64,000 bases of DNA from Syncephalis fuscata S228 (lineage: Eukaryota; Fungi; Zoopagomycota). Below are positions 11,635 to 24,900 of this stretch, piece by piece. Position numbers and translations under genes: made by a program. The first letter of the stretch is position 1; the number at the start of each line of letters is the position of its first letter. The stretch lies in the NCBI GenBank assembly GCA_025786725.1, contig JAHLTZ010000014.1, positions 434,001-498,000 on the forward strand, in the 5' to 3' direction. Under the pieces are notes generated by a model that ran no database searches, was not told the DNA's origin, and saw only the letters and a list, made by a program, of their open reading frames with translations.

Positions 11635-12204
11635 TTAATAGAATCCCGATACCCAATAACTAATGACGGCGGTAATAGCCGATATGAAGGTTAATGAAGT
11701 GGCATGTCCATTTGCCGAATTATCATCTGGGCGAAGAGTAGGTGCAGTTGACCGAGTCTGGGTACTGGTTGATCCGTCTGGATTTGTGACAGTTACAGTT
11801 TGAGGCTTAGTAGGTGAAGTTGCATCCGAGTCTGATGTTGCAGGCGAAGATGGCGTATTAGTCTGTGTTGGGCTCGATGGTGATGATGATGATGATGATG
11901 ATGATGACGAAGAGTTAGATGTATTGGATCCTGTTGATGTTGCAGTTGATGTTGGCGTTGTTGTTGTTCCCGATGATGATGATGATGATGATGATGGCGA
12001 ATCTGTTTTGGTTGAGCTACCTGGTGGATTATTTGTTGTAGTCTGTGTTGGATCAGCCGTTTTCGGTGCCGAGTTTGTGGGTGCAGCTGTAGGTCCAGGT
12101 GCAGGTCCAGGCGGTGAGTTATTTTGAGCGTAGACTGACGATATCGATCCAGCTGCTACCGCAATTAATGGCAGCGCAACATAAATAAGTTTTGTTGGAC
12201 GCAT
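11635..12204 (-). CDS. Secreted Ser/Thr/Pro-rich, probably GPI-anchored cell-surface protein
   Basis: Signal peptide MRPTKLIYVALPLIAVAAGSISSVYA, S/T-rich body, and a C-terminal DNSANG followed by a hydrophobic tail. Confidence 0.82.
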   Translation of the reverse strand: MRPTKLIYVALPLIAVAAGSISSVYAQNNSPPGPAPGPTAAPTNSAPKTADPTQTTTNNPPGSSTKTDSPSSSSSSSSGTTTTPTSTATSTGSNTSNSSSSSSSSSSSPSSPTQTNTPSSPATSDSDATSPTKPQTVTVTNPDGSTSTQTRSTAPTLRPDDNSANGHATSLTFISAITAVISYWVSGFY

Positions 12205-12942
12205 GGTTTAAAAACGTTACGAGCAGTAGGTGAGAAGTAGAAATAAAGAAGAAATATAGCAGTATGGCTATTAACTGTTATTGGAGTCGTTTCTTAAGGT
12301 GCTCAGCTAGAAAGAATAAAAAAGACTAAATAAAATAGATGAGACTGTGCAGCTGTGAAATAATCGGATCAGCACTACGATAACGTTGTACTGTAAATGA
12401 AAGATATGTGAAAAAGATTCAGAATAGAAAGCTGTTGCCGTGGGAGCTAGCGGGCCTGAAAAAAGTGCTGTTAAATAAAAGAATGTGTACGAGTGAGCGT
12501 GGGTATAATTGTTAATATTAGAACCATGCAAATAACATTGTGGCGTGCAGTTGCCTAAAAAATTTATTTTATGAAATAAATACCATCCACGCACACATGT
12601 ACAGACAGGAAAAGGCCGCCTTTTCTTGATGTACATTAATATTTTAGTAGTCTTTAACCACGAGATTCACAAATAAACACGTTAAAACAATAATAATAAC
12701 CACACAATAAACTAATTGCTTAAATAAATAAATTTGTTTGTTTGTTTGTTAAGAGTAAATGTTATTTGGAGTTGCAACAAAATCCACGAGAATATGCGCT
12801 GAGTGCACTTGTAATGAGCGCAAGCAATACGGCAAACATCGGCAATCGATGCAACTGTAAGGAGCATAAGGATTAAAAAACATCATTGGTGGTAGAGTGG
12901 TGCATACGCATGTGCACACACACTACACGCATCTTGCTTCAG

Positions 12943-13515
12943 TTATAGAAGGGCCTGTACGGCATAGGTAACAGCAAATGCGGCAGCCATTCCTAAGGCG
13001 GGCTGTTGCACGTAAATTGGGCCTGCGCTCGATGTAGAATCACCACTAGCAGGTGTGTCGGTGGTCGAACTGGATGGCGTGCTGGTCGAGCTACCGGTAC
13101 TGCTTGGCGAGGTGGATGAAGAAGAGGTAGATGTTGGGTTTGTAGCAGTATTAGACGAACCATTACCATTGGCATTAGCATTGGTGTTGGCATTGGCGTT
13201 TGCTTGGTTGTTGTTATTAGTAGCAGGGGCCTGAGTAGAGGTCGATGGCGTCGCTGGTGCAGCTGGCGAGTTCGTTCCAGACGTAGGCGCGGCAGCCGGT
13301 GCCGATGTCACTGGAGTGGACGAGCTTTGCGCATCTCCAAGCGAGCTGGGTGGCGTGCGTGGTGGCGCATCGGCACCGGTTTCTATCGAACCGCCCGGGT
13401 TGGTGGATTTATCAGCCGACCAAGCACTGCCATCCGTGAACGTATTCTGTGGAAGAGCAGCGGCACCGATGGCCGAACAAGCAAGGGCAATCAGGACGAT
13501 GCGGAATGAAACCAT
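12943..13515 (-). CDS. Secreted Ser/Thr/Asn-rich, probably GPI-anchored cell-surface protein
   Basis: Signal peptide MVSFRIVLIALACSAIGAAA-LPQ, low-complexity body, and a C-terminal SSAG..ALGMAAAFAVTYAVQALL. Confidence 0.82.
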   Translation of the reverse strand: MVSFRIVLIALACSAIGAAALPQNTFTDGSAWSADKSTNPGGSIETGADAPPRTPPSSLGDAQSSSTPVTSAPAAAPTSGTNSPAAPATPSTSTQAPATNNNNQANANANTNANANGNGSSNTATNPTSTSSSSTSPSSTGSSTSTPSSSTTDTPASGDSTSSAGPIYVQQPALGMAAAFAVTYAVQALL

Positions 13516-14571
13516 AATGCCAAATAAAAAATGTAGTGCTTAAATGTAGTAAAGTAGTAGTAGTAGTAGTAGTAGTGGTACTAAACGTTGCAGATACCAA
13601 GTGTGATTAGCAACTACAATGTAATTTGATGTGCGTTATGATGAGCAGAGTTGATGCAGAGTAGGTAAAGAAGCGGTTGATGGAAATGCAATATTAAGCA
13701 ATATAACGGAATTTGAGGAACGACTAGCGTGGAGGGATGTTCACGATGTTCAAACGCTAAGACTGTACTGGTAACAGATGGAATTGAAACACAGTAACAG
13801 TAAAGGTAGGTAGATAACAGTCACTTGTGCTCAAACGAACGAAGAAGGAAAGCTAGTCAACGAGCTGATTACGCACGAAAAAGAAATTACCCAGCATTGT
13901 TGCTCGTGGCGACCTCGAGCAGTATATATACGTAGGATGAGTGCACATGTTGATCCAGCCATATCGAGCTGGCTGCGAAACGTTCTACTTCCCAGCGCAA
14001 TCATGGAGAAATGACCAAATAAGTGTAGCTAATTATAGGCCTTCCCTTAAGAGTTGTTGGCGTAGCCGTGTAACATGATAGGCGCTACAAATTAGGCCAA
14101 CTCTTACTAAAGCGTGTGATTTAAGTCTACTATTTATTCTCAAGTTTAATAATAGTTCAATTTATTTCACTAGACTACAAAATAGTCAATAGGCGGCTCA
14201 ATTGTCAATGCCGCAAATGGCAGGTCTTTTTTTTCTATTGATCATGCTACGATGAAATGACCAATTTATTAGCTTCGTATAATTACAATAGGCAAACAGC
14301 CGATGATGCAGCTGAGACCTGCAGAACCCCTCAATACTTACCCACATAGTCTTGTGTCATGCAAGTAATAAAGACAATCAACCAATAAAGTAGTAAATCA
14401 TGCTTGTTTCGTATCTATTGTGTCACTACCATGCTCAGTGCCTGTCAAGCCGCCATGCCATTAAGGCTATGTGGATAATAAACGAGTGCACATTGCTACT
14501 CAGTAACACAATGCTATGATACTTTGTTTTCTCCTGGTGCATTGTCGGAATACACGAAAAACATTATCACT

Positions 14572-16864
14572 ATGTCCGATTTTATTCAGAATCAATTACA
14601 ACTGCCGCGATTGCCATTACCACAACTTGATGCAACATTTGCGGAATATTTGCGTATACTCGAACCGCTACTGACCGATCAGGAATTTGAAGATATCAAG
14701 CATCATGTGGCCGACTTTTTGAAACCCAATGGTTTTGGTGAACGGTTACAACGTCGCCTTAAAGATTCGGCCGTTGATGGATTGCAAAATCAGGGCAGTT
14801 GGCTTTATGATATGGCGACCAACTACGAGTTTCTCGAGTGCCGTACCCCGCTTTTAGTCCGGATTAATACATTTACACTATTCTGCGACGATCCAACGCT
14901 TGCTAAAGTCAATACGACCTCTCTTAAACACTGTGGCCAACAGAGCGTCTATACAGTTGCACAGTTAAAAAGAGCCGCTCGCCTAATTAATGGCTTTCTT
15001 GATGCTAAGGACAATATCGAAAATGGTAACTACCCGGAAAAACTATTAGGCACGGGATCTGCATGTTTGCATCAATACCAATATCTATTTGGTGTAACAC
15101 GTATTCCAAAACTTAAGTGCGACCAATTACGCGGTGGCGGTGAACAAAAGTATGAATGTCGCGCACGCCACATAACAGTGATTATCGATAATCAAATTTA
15201 TTGCATGCCCGTTTATGCGGAAAATAATACTCGAGTGACTGATGCCGATTTAGAGTAGTAAGTTACTAATAATAGCAATAATAGCAATAATAGCATGGAG
15301 TAATTAATTAATAATAATGATTTCTATTTTTATTATTATTGTATTTTATTATTATATTCAATAGTCAACTTTGGAAAATTGTACATGATGTCGAGACACG
15401 TACTATATTTGATGCACCAGTTTGTATATGGACTGGAACGCATCGCGACCAATGGACCATGGTAATTTTTAATAATTGTTGTTAGGCGTGGTGATTTTGT
15501 TAATAATTGGTGTGTAGGCTCGGCAGCAACTTATCGATACTTCCGATAAAAATCTTGCTTCGTTACATAGTATTGAGCAAAGTCTTTTTGTAGTTGCATT
15601 GGATCGGTTTTCAGGAAAAGAGGCCGATCAAGGAACAGATCAGCTTATTGCTGGATTAAATGCTAGTCATAAGCATGGATTGAGTTTTAATGAAAATCGT
15701 TGGTTTGACAAAAGTTTCTCATTAGTTATCGAGCGTGATGGTCGAGCTGGTATGCAATGTGAAGTAAGTTACTAATTTGGATATATGCAATTACTGTCGA
15801 CTAACACATAATAAAATAATTAGCACGCTGCTTGTGATGGACTCGTGCCAAGTAAAGTGGCAGCACAAGCACTTACAAATCCAGTGCAGTTCCTTGACGT
15901 CGCTCCATCTACACCAAGCCATCCAAGTCTAGCACCGCCAAAAGCACTGCATTTTGAATTGGATGAAAAACTCTACGCTATGCTATCGTTAGCTCGTAAA
16001 GAGACAGAGGCAACATCGGCCAATTCAGATGCTTGTTGTCTGCAATTCTGCGATTACGGTTCCAATTTCATTAAATCAATTGGTTAGTAACATTGTACAT
16101 TTTATTAATGAAGATAACATTATTATTTATGTGCAATTAGCCAAGTTAAGTCCTGATGCGTATATAGAAATGGCATTTCAGCTTGCTTTCTTCCGTCGAC
16201 ACAACGAGTTTGCATCGGCGTGTGAATCAATTGGTATGCGAGGCTTTCTTAAAGGACGCACGGAAATTGGTCGTGTATTTAGTAAGGAATGTCGTGCTTG
16301 GTGTGAAGCTATGCTGGATCCATCAATGGCTGTAAGTAATAGTATAGTAATTATTTTAAATACTATGTTTATTGTCAATGATCTAGGTCATGCAAAAGCG
16401 TAATCTTTTGGAACAAGCATGCCTAGTGCATAAAGATATGATTAAAAGGGCACTAAATGGAGAAGGTGCCTCTTGGCATTTGCATGCTTTAATGCTAATG
16501 TGCCGTAAGGACGAAGAGCACCCTGTATTCACGAGTGCTGCGGCAAAGAAAGGCGATTCTTGGCGTCTTTATGCCGGTTCTTTAAACTCGGCCGATAAAT
16601 TCTACTGTTAGTCGTTTAATATCATTGCCTACTGCTCGTATTAACATTAAACATTTAGGTGGTGGATTTGCTGCTCCTGCCGAAGATGGTTATGGTATCG
16701 GCTATCATTTCCGTAGTAATTCCATTAATATTGGTATAGAATGTGAACGAAAATGTCCCGAAACTGATGCAATGCTTTATCGAAATGCGCTTATTGTATC
16801 CTTGCGTGAAATGGCCAATATTTGTCTTGCCAGCTATAGTCATGGACCCAATAAGGCTATGTGA
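14572..16864 (+). CDS. Choline/carnitine O-acyltransferase family protein (divergent), multi-exon
   Basis: LPRLPLPQLDATFAEYL, YLFGVTRIP, NRWFDKS, spliced catalytic CEHAACDG, LSPDAYIEMAFQLA, FLKGRTE and GFAAPAEDGYGIGY. Confidence 0.92.
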
Positions 16865-17172
16865 TTTGTAGGCATAATCGATATGCTATAGTTATATCAT
16901 GCTTTTTTAAATATCGTTGTTTTGCATCAGTATGATATGGTGGAATGCGTACAAAATATCAGTAAAAATCATTTAAAAATATATTAGTTGTATAAATGTT
17001 TAAATCATTTACTTTGAATTAAATGAGAGTTTATTGCTTTGTCTTGATTTAAATATATTAATAACATAATTTGTAGCTTACAGAACTTTTAGTATTAATA
17101 GAAAATAAATGAAGCGATATCAGATTGAATCTACAGTTTAAATTGGTCATGCCGTCAGTAATGGAAATATGC

Positions 17173-18337
17173 AAACATAGCATTATAATAATTAATAAAC
17201 ATCGATCATTTTAAAGCGCATATTCAGATTAATAACATTCACTGTTCAATCTTGTTATTTCGGTTTATCGTTTGCTTGTTGTCTACTATCTTACAATGCT
17301 TTCTGCTAATCTTTAGCATTATTACTATTATTATTTAATACACGTTTGTTAATTGCTTAGACTAAATATCATTGTATTTAGCAGCATAAATGTGTTAAAT
17401 ATGTAATGATTAATAGATATTGCCTGTTAATATTGCAATGCTACTACATAGCAATACAGATAGCCAAAGTAAATGACAAAACAATGAGGCCAATATTATA
17501 TATTGGATTGTGCTAATCCGACGCCAATCTTTTTGCTATAATGTTGTTTAATTGTTTAGTTTACTCAACAGAAATACAAAAGTAGAAATATTGTCCAGTT
17601 ATTAAAATTAAACCCATTATTATGTTAGTTTTAGTATGATATTGCCAAAGCAATATGATGACGATACACCCAAGACTATTTATGGTATGGCTGCAAATAA
17701 ATACAATCGATTACAGTGTAAACATGCATAGCCACTGTGTCAAAACACCGAATTGTTATTTGAATAGTAATATAACTAAGCTTGTTTAATGTACATAGCT
17801 ATGAGCCGATATATTTTACAAACGATATGCCATATTAACAATTAGCAAAGAAATCAAAATAGGCTTTATTTAATAGCTAGTATCTAGAATTATTATCATA
17901 TATCAAGTCGAACGGCACAGATTGTGGCTTTTAGTCCCACATACTAAAAGTAAAATAGCAAGTATAACAAGAGTAAACACATAATAAAAGTTATTTAACA
18001 CTAAATAGTATTATCAAAAATATCATCATTTACTGATGACTATAATAGAAAGATGAGCTAAAATAAACAAAAGCAACTTCAGGCTGATTGACAATATATC
18101 ATACGACATACTATTCGTAAAATAACAGAAATAAAACTAACATACTCTGAAAGTAAAGCAATATCCTCACTAGCTTAACAAAACAAATAAATACATTGTA
18201 CGTGTAAAACAATATAATAAACATAAATACAATGAATTTGTCTTTAGTAACTTATTGCCATTATTATACATATCAAGTGTATACAGGTTTGTAGAAACTG
18301 TTTCTTTTATTTCATATATATCTTGATGAAGGCAAAG
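17173..18337 (+). repeat. Dispersed repeat family A, copy 1 (about 1.16 kb, non-coding, putative non-autonomous mobile element)
   Basis: Near-identical by eye to 28048-29141 (direct) and 40737-41902 (inverted). Confidence 0.95.
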
Positions 18338-18380
18338 GATACTACTTGCAAAAGCGCTTTTCTTCTATTTTGTTCTCACT

Positions 18381-20297
18381 ATGCCAATTGCTCGGTGGAA
18401 AAATCCATTTTGGGCAGACAGTACGAATGCATTGTCTTCAGCCGATTGGCGCAAGATTCTACTGGGTGTAGCTGTAGGCATTGCTATTACCGAAGTGGCC
18501 GGCTACGTAGCCATAAAGCTTTTTGGCAATCATGGAAAAAAGAAACGATCACAGGAACGTTCTTTACAAACGCGTGCTCATTCAGCTGGTCACCAGCGGC
18601 AACATGATAAATACGGAAACACTAATAATGATAAAGAACAATCGACAGGACGTAACGCACAAATAGCAGACGGTGTAGCAGGACTTATTGGCAATACGCC
18701 GCTAGTTCGCCTTAATGCATTATCCGCAGAGACAGGCTGCGAAATTCTGGCAAGTTTCACGATGGCCGATAGAATACTCCATTGTACTAATCCAACCGTC
18801 AATGATGATCGTCTAGGCCAAAGCTGAGGTAGGTGTGTCAGTCATTTGAAGTCATAACAGCCCCTTATCATTATCATCATTTACGGCACTTAGTATTTGA
18901 ATCCGGGAGGTAGTCCGAAGGATCGTGTTGCACTCTATATTATTCGTCAAGCGGAAAAAGAAGGGCTACTTGGACCACCTCAAACGAGCAATGATGCAAT
19001 AGCTGCCGATGGGGATGGGTCACAGTCTAGTTTGCCACTTATTCGGCGTTCCACGGTGTTTGAAGGCACAGTTGGATCGACCGGTATATCACTGGCCATG
19101 ATATCACGCGCACTGGGCTATGCTTGCCATATTGTTGTACCTGATGACCAGGCACAGGAAAAGTATGCACTTCTCGAACGGCACGGCGCTACCGTTGAAC
19201 GAGTACGGCCGGCCTCTATTGTTGATAAGCGACAATTCGTTAATACGGCACGTCATCGGGCACAGGAATTCGATGCCAAAGCTAAGGCGTCTGCTAATCA
19301 GCATCATTTGCCGAAAGACAAAAGAGCCCGGGGCTTTTTTGCCGATCAATTTGAGAATCTAGCTAACTTTCGGGCTCATTACGAAACGACAGGACCGGAA
19401 ATATGGCAACAAACCAATGGCTGTATCGATGCATTCGTAGCCGGTGCTGGTAAGAATAATTTAGTACAGCTTAATCAAAATATGGATGGTTATAACACTA
19501 TTATTGATTTAGGGACGGGTGGCACAATAGCCGGTGTAGCTCATTATCTAAAACAGCACAATGAACATATTCATATTACACTTGTGGATCCAGCTGGCTC
19601 AGGCCTTTATCATAAAGTACGTCATGGTGTTTTCTTTTCGCCATACGAAGCAGAAGGCAAACGACGCCGTCATCAAGTTGATACGGTTGTTGAAGGCGTT
19701 GGTATCAATAGATTGACACGGAATTTTGCTCTTGCCTTACCAGAGCTACAACGAGCAGCTTTCCGTGACGTACTAACAAGCCATCCTATGTTGGATGATG
19801 TAGCAATAGACAGTCCTTACAGATCTACCAATGATAATGATAGCGACAGTACTACCACTACTACCCACGACAATACAATGACTGGTGATCATGGCTGGAT
19901 TAACAGTGCCATGCGAGTTACAGATGAAGAAGCTGTGGCAATGTCACGCTTCTTAGTCGACCGTGAAGGTAGTAGTCATGGTAATACTCGCTGTTTATTT
20001 AATACTAACAACACACATATATATACAGGTATCTTTGTTGGTAGTTCGTCAGCTGTTAATTGCGTCGGTGCTGTCCGTCTAGCCCGCCAATTAGGGCCTG
20101 GTCACACCATTGTCACATTACTATGTGATTCTGGTCAGCGTCATTTGACCAAGTTCTGGTATGTAACCGTATAATAAACCGGATAGAGTCTATTGATGTT
20201 TATCCTAACATATTCTTTATTGAATAGGAGTGATTCTTATTTGGAAAAAGCGAATGTTCCTGTCACCATTGCCAAGAATTTGGACTTTATCAAATAA
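18381..20297 (+). CDS. Cysteine synthase-like PLP enzyme (Cys12/MCY1-type) with N-terminal membrane anchor, multi-exon
   Basis: LIGNTPLVRL, spliced EIL|AKAE|YLNPGGSPKDR (PLP Lys), EGTVGSTGISLA, DQFENLAN, GAGTGGT and LCDSGQRHLTKFW. Final exon ends DFIK* at 20297. Confidence 0.93.
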
Positions 20298-21913
20298 AAA
20301 CCATCATTATTCAAATTACTGCTGCTACAACTAGCACCATGTGTATTTACTTGGCAATCAATAGCTATAAGTACTAAAAATAGCCATTTACACCATTGCA
20401 TAACACGTGCGCCTGTGCAAATAATGATTTGGCTTAACTTCAGTTTATATTTAGCTCATTTAATTGCAAATTATGTTATTAATCGTTATCGTCATTATTA
20501 TTATCATTAAGCAATATGATGGCCAAGGTCTAGCCCGTCCTTTGCTTATCTCATAAAGTACATTGATCAATTTAATTAATATTATTAACAAGAATTCTAT
20601 TGATTAAATGTTCTTGCTACACACATACATATGCACATCATATCATATGATAAACCATTAAAAGTCAGTTGAAAAAAGTACAATCCATTGATCTTAGTAG
20701 TAGCAGCTGATACTAACTTTGGGGTATCTATTCGATAACACCTGTGTGTAAAACTGCACATGTGGTGAAGAATGGTCTAAAGGAAATGCGGACATTCTAT
20801 GGAACAATCTAAATAGAACCTACTTTAGATTTCTTCTTTTGCTGTAGATGTTTTGCCCAACTCTATCGAGAAGTCCACAAAGCTGCACCTCCAAGCACGA
20901 CAACAGCTTGTCGGACCGGCGTATGCTTTAAAACGTCGATTTACAAACGCTTGGTGCTTACTGTTAAAATTGTGTTTATATCGTTCTGCAGTTCTTTTTC
21001 TCAATCTTCACTGTTGCTACCACCACTGTTACTATTACTATCGTTGTCGTCTTCATTGTTGTCATACGCTCTTTTTACTCTTTTCATTTTCTATTCAGCT
21101 CCTTTGCCTTTCCCGATTCTATTAGTCGGGTTTTTTTCGTAAAGTGACTGCACGACAACTAGTTATAAAAAGTCAAACAAATTGTTGTATAGGCATATTT
21201 CATTGCGTTTTATTACTCCGATTTAAGCTACTCACACTTCTGTCTATTCCTCACTGATTATTGCCACGACACTTTTATTTAACGTGGACTACATTTGTGC
21301 ACGTACTTTTGTGATATCTTTTAGTTTTACGTCGCTGTTACTGTGTTTTAGTTAGTTATTAACGAACGCGCACTTTTACTAACCACCACCACAATAACAA
21401 CAACACACACACGTCTATTGCAGGTAGGTTCGTTAGTGTGTGCGTGGTGTAGTTACTCTTATATAGTGCCAGTCTAACCTGTTTCTTTCTTCCCTATTCT
21501 TTATTCAACAATATTTTCACCTCCTTATATATATATACACACACACATACAACTACCGACTAAATATTTACTATTAATACAACTGCTCTTCTTGGCTAAT
21601 CTGCTCCTCATCGTGCAGTCTGTCTCTGTTCGTGTCCTCTCGTTAGTCTACCTTTCCTTTTACATTCTTCTTCTTTCTCCTCCTCTTCCTCTTTATTACT
21701 GCCCCTTACACGCGTGTATCCTTAGACTAGCTTGTCATCTGACAGTTGAGTCTAGCTAGCGTGTTATCATCTTGTCCGGCTTTGCATTACGCTGTACTGA
21801 GTGTTACCGTGACGCCTATCTTACTTATCGCCGTAATTCTATTTCGACGCTTTAGTTGATAATAATAATCAACCTACTGCCCTTTTGTATCTTTTACACT
21901 TAATCCAGTTAAT

Positions 21914-24900
21914 ATGTCGGATCCATCGGATCCACCGGCGTCCAACCAGTCGACGACTATCCATACAGAAGTCGTTACTGTAGTTGAAGAAGTGGAAATG
22001 GAAAGCACTAGCAGTCATCAAAGTGTATCAGCAGTCCATAATACAACCAATATGGTTGAAGGTGGTACTACCATGAATAGCAATCCACCACCATCCCTTG
22101 TTCATTCCGAGACTAGATCATCAGGTATCAATCAAATTATACCTACCAATACTTCGTCAACACCAGCAAAGAAGACCGTTGTTATTGCTGATGATGGTGT
22201 ACCAGAGCCTAAAGAAGATGAAGCAGATCCAGCTCCATTCAAGTTTACACGCTCTCAGCTACGTGCTATCATCGATACACGCACCTTTGAGATTCTACAA
22301 GCATTTGGTGGTGTTAGTGGCCTAGCCGAAGGTCTTAACTCACATTTAGAGTATGGTCTGGCCGATGTACGCCCCATGCCGCGTACGGGAACAATGCGCT
22401 CTGTGCGTTCTGGCACTTCGAAAGCCGCTTCTGCCAAGAACGAGGTCGACCAATGCTCCGACCTGGAAAACCGTGTGCGTGTTTATGGCACCAATACGCT
22501 GCCTGAACATAAAATGAAATCTATTTTTATGTTTATTTGGCTAGCTCTTCAAGAAAAGATTCTTATTATTCTTACTATTGCTGCCGTCGTTTCACTCGGT
22601 CTTGGTATCTATCAGGATCAAGCACAAGATATAGAAGAGCCCGATGTTAACTGGGTTGAAGGCTTGGCCATTGTTGTGGCCATTATGATTGTCGTTCTAG
22701 TTGGTAGTGTTAATGACTGGCAAAAAGAACGTCAATTCCGTAAATTGAACGCCAAGAAAGACGATCGTCTAGTTAAAGTTATTCGTGAAGGGGCGCAAAC
22801 TCAACTATCTGTACATCACTTGGCCGTAGGCGATATTCTATGCATGGAACCAGGCGATATTCTAGCTGCAGATGCTATTTTCATTTCAGGCCATAATATC
22901 AAATGCGATGAAAGTGGCGTTACAGGTGAATCAGACGCTATTGGCAAACGATCACTAGAAGACTCTATTGAGGATGCCAAACATCTGGCACCACTTGAAC
23001 ATGGTCCAGATCCGTTTGTTATTAGTGGCAGTAAGGTGTTGGAAGGTGTAGGTCGGGCTATTGTCGTTGCCGTGGGCGAGGAAAGTTTCCATGGCCGTAT
23101 TATGCTTAGTCTACGTCAAGAGCCATCCGATACGCCACTTCAAATGAAATTGAACGACTTGGCCGAACAAATTGCTAAACTTGGTGGTGGCGCTGCCTTG
23201 TTAATGCTTATTATTCTGTTAATTATCTATTTTGCCAAGTTTAATGAGCAGCCTAGTCATGCCGCGGCCGTTATTGTTAGCGATATTGTTAAGATCATTA
23301 TTACTGCAGTTACCGTTGTTGTTGTTGCTGTACCTGAAGGTCTTCCCTTGGCTGTAACACTGGCTTTAGCCTTTGCTATGACCCGTATGTTAAAGGATAA
23401 CAACTTGGTGCGTGTGCTGTCGGCCTGTGAGACGATGGGCAACGCTACCACTGTCTGTTCCGATAAGACAGGTACTTTAACGCAGAATAAGATGACTGTT
23501 GTAGCTGGATGCATTGGTTATAAGCGTATCTTTTCGCGTATCGATGAATCCGGTGCTATTATTCCAGGCGCTGTCAATATTGTCGATCTAGTCAAGGATC
23601 AACCAAAGGCAGTAACCGAACTAGTACAACAAGCAGTAGCTGTTAACTCTAGCGCTTTCTGGGATCCAACAGCTGAAGAATTTGTTGGTTCTAAAACAGA
23701 AACAGCTCTTTTAACCTGGACACAGCAACAAGGTGCACCTGAATACACCAATATTCGGGCTCAATATCCAGTTGAGCAATTATGGCCATTCAGTAGCGAG
23801 CGCAAGAGTATGTGTACGCTTGTACGTGTTACCGATCCAGTAGATGGCAGCATCTTACACCGTGCACATGTTAAAGGTGCATCTGAAATTATACTTGGTC
23901 GTTGCACACATGTTCTTTTACCGGATAACGATAAGCTAGTATCTACAGCTATTACTGCTGAAATTCGTGCTGAATTGTTAAAGATGATTGAACAATTTGC
24001 TTCACAATCACTTCGTACTATTGGTATTGCATATCGTGATTTTCCCAAATACGATACTACCTCTCCATTAGACGACCAGGATCTTAGTGAACAACTCGTA
24101 CTTATTGGTATTACAGGAATCGAAGATCCACTACGTGAAGGTGTTATCGATGCTGTACGTCTTTGCCAACGTGCCGGTGTTACTGTCCGTATGGTTACCG
24201 GTGACAATATCATTACGGCTCGTGCCATTGCCACCAAATGCGGTATTTATACAGCTGGCGGCATTGTTATGGAAGGTCCAAAATTCCGAGCACTTTCTAG
24301 TGAAGAAATGCTTCAAGTCATTCCACGTTTACAAGTACTAGCTCGTAGTTCGCCCGATGATAAACGTATTCTAGTTGGCAAACTTAAGGAAATGGGCGAT
24401 ATTGTTGCCGTAACCGGTGATGGTACCAACGACGGTCCAGCACTTAAAATGGCCGATATCGGTTTTAGTATGGGCATTGCCGGTACTGAGGTCGCCAAAG
24501 AAGCATCGTCTATCATTCTTATGGACGATAACTTTGCCTCTATCGTTAAGGCTATTATGTGGGGCCGATCAGTTAATGATGCAGTCAAAAAGTTTTTACA
24601 ATTTCAACTTACCGTCAATATTACAGCTGTGCTACTAACCTTTGTTAGCGCTATCTCGTCAGCACTCTCTGGTGGTCACACAGGTAGTGGGGAGTCTGTT
24701 CTAACACCAGTTCAACTATTGTGGGTCAACTTGATTATGGATACACTTGCTGCCCTGGCACTGGCCACTGATCCGCCTACACTTGAACTACTTAGTCGTC
24801 AACCTGAACCGCGTACTGCTCCATTGATCAGCTTCAAGATGTGGAAGATGATTATTATACAAGCCATATTCCAGGTTATTGTTTGTCTAATTCTACTTTA

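Noticed and set aside
19450-20028. Apparent insertions in cysteine synthase (19450-19512, 19969-20028), and similarly in PAP2 (33984-34052)
   Set aside because: They are stop-free 3n introns with canonical GT..AG ends; removing them restores GAGTGGT, EGIFVG and PSGH.
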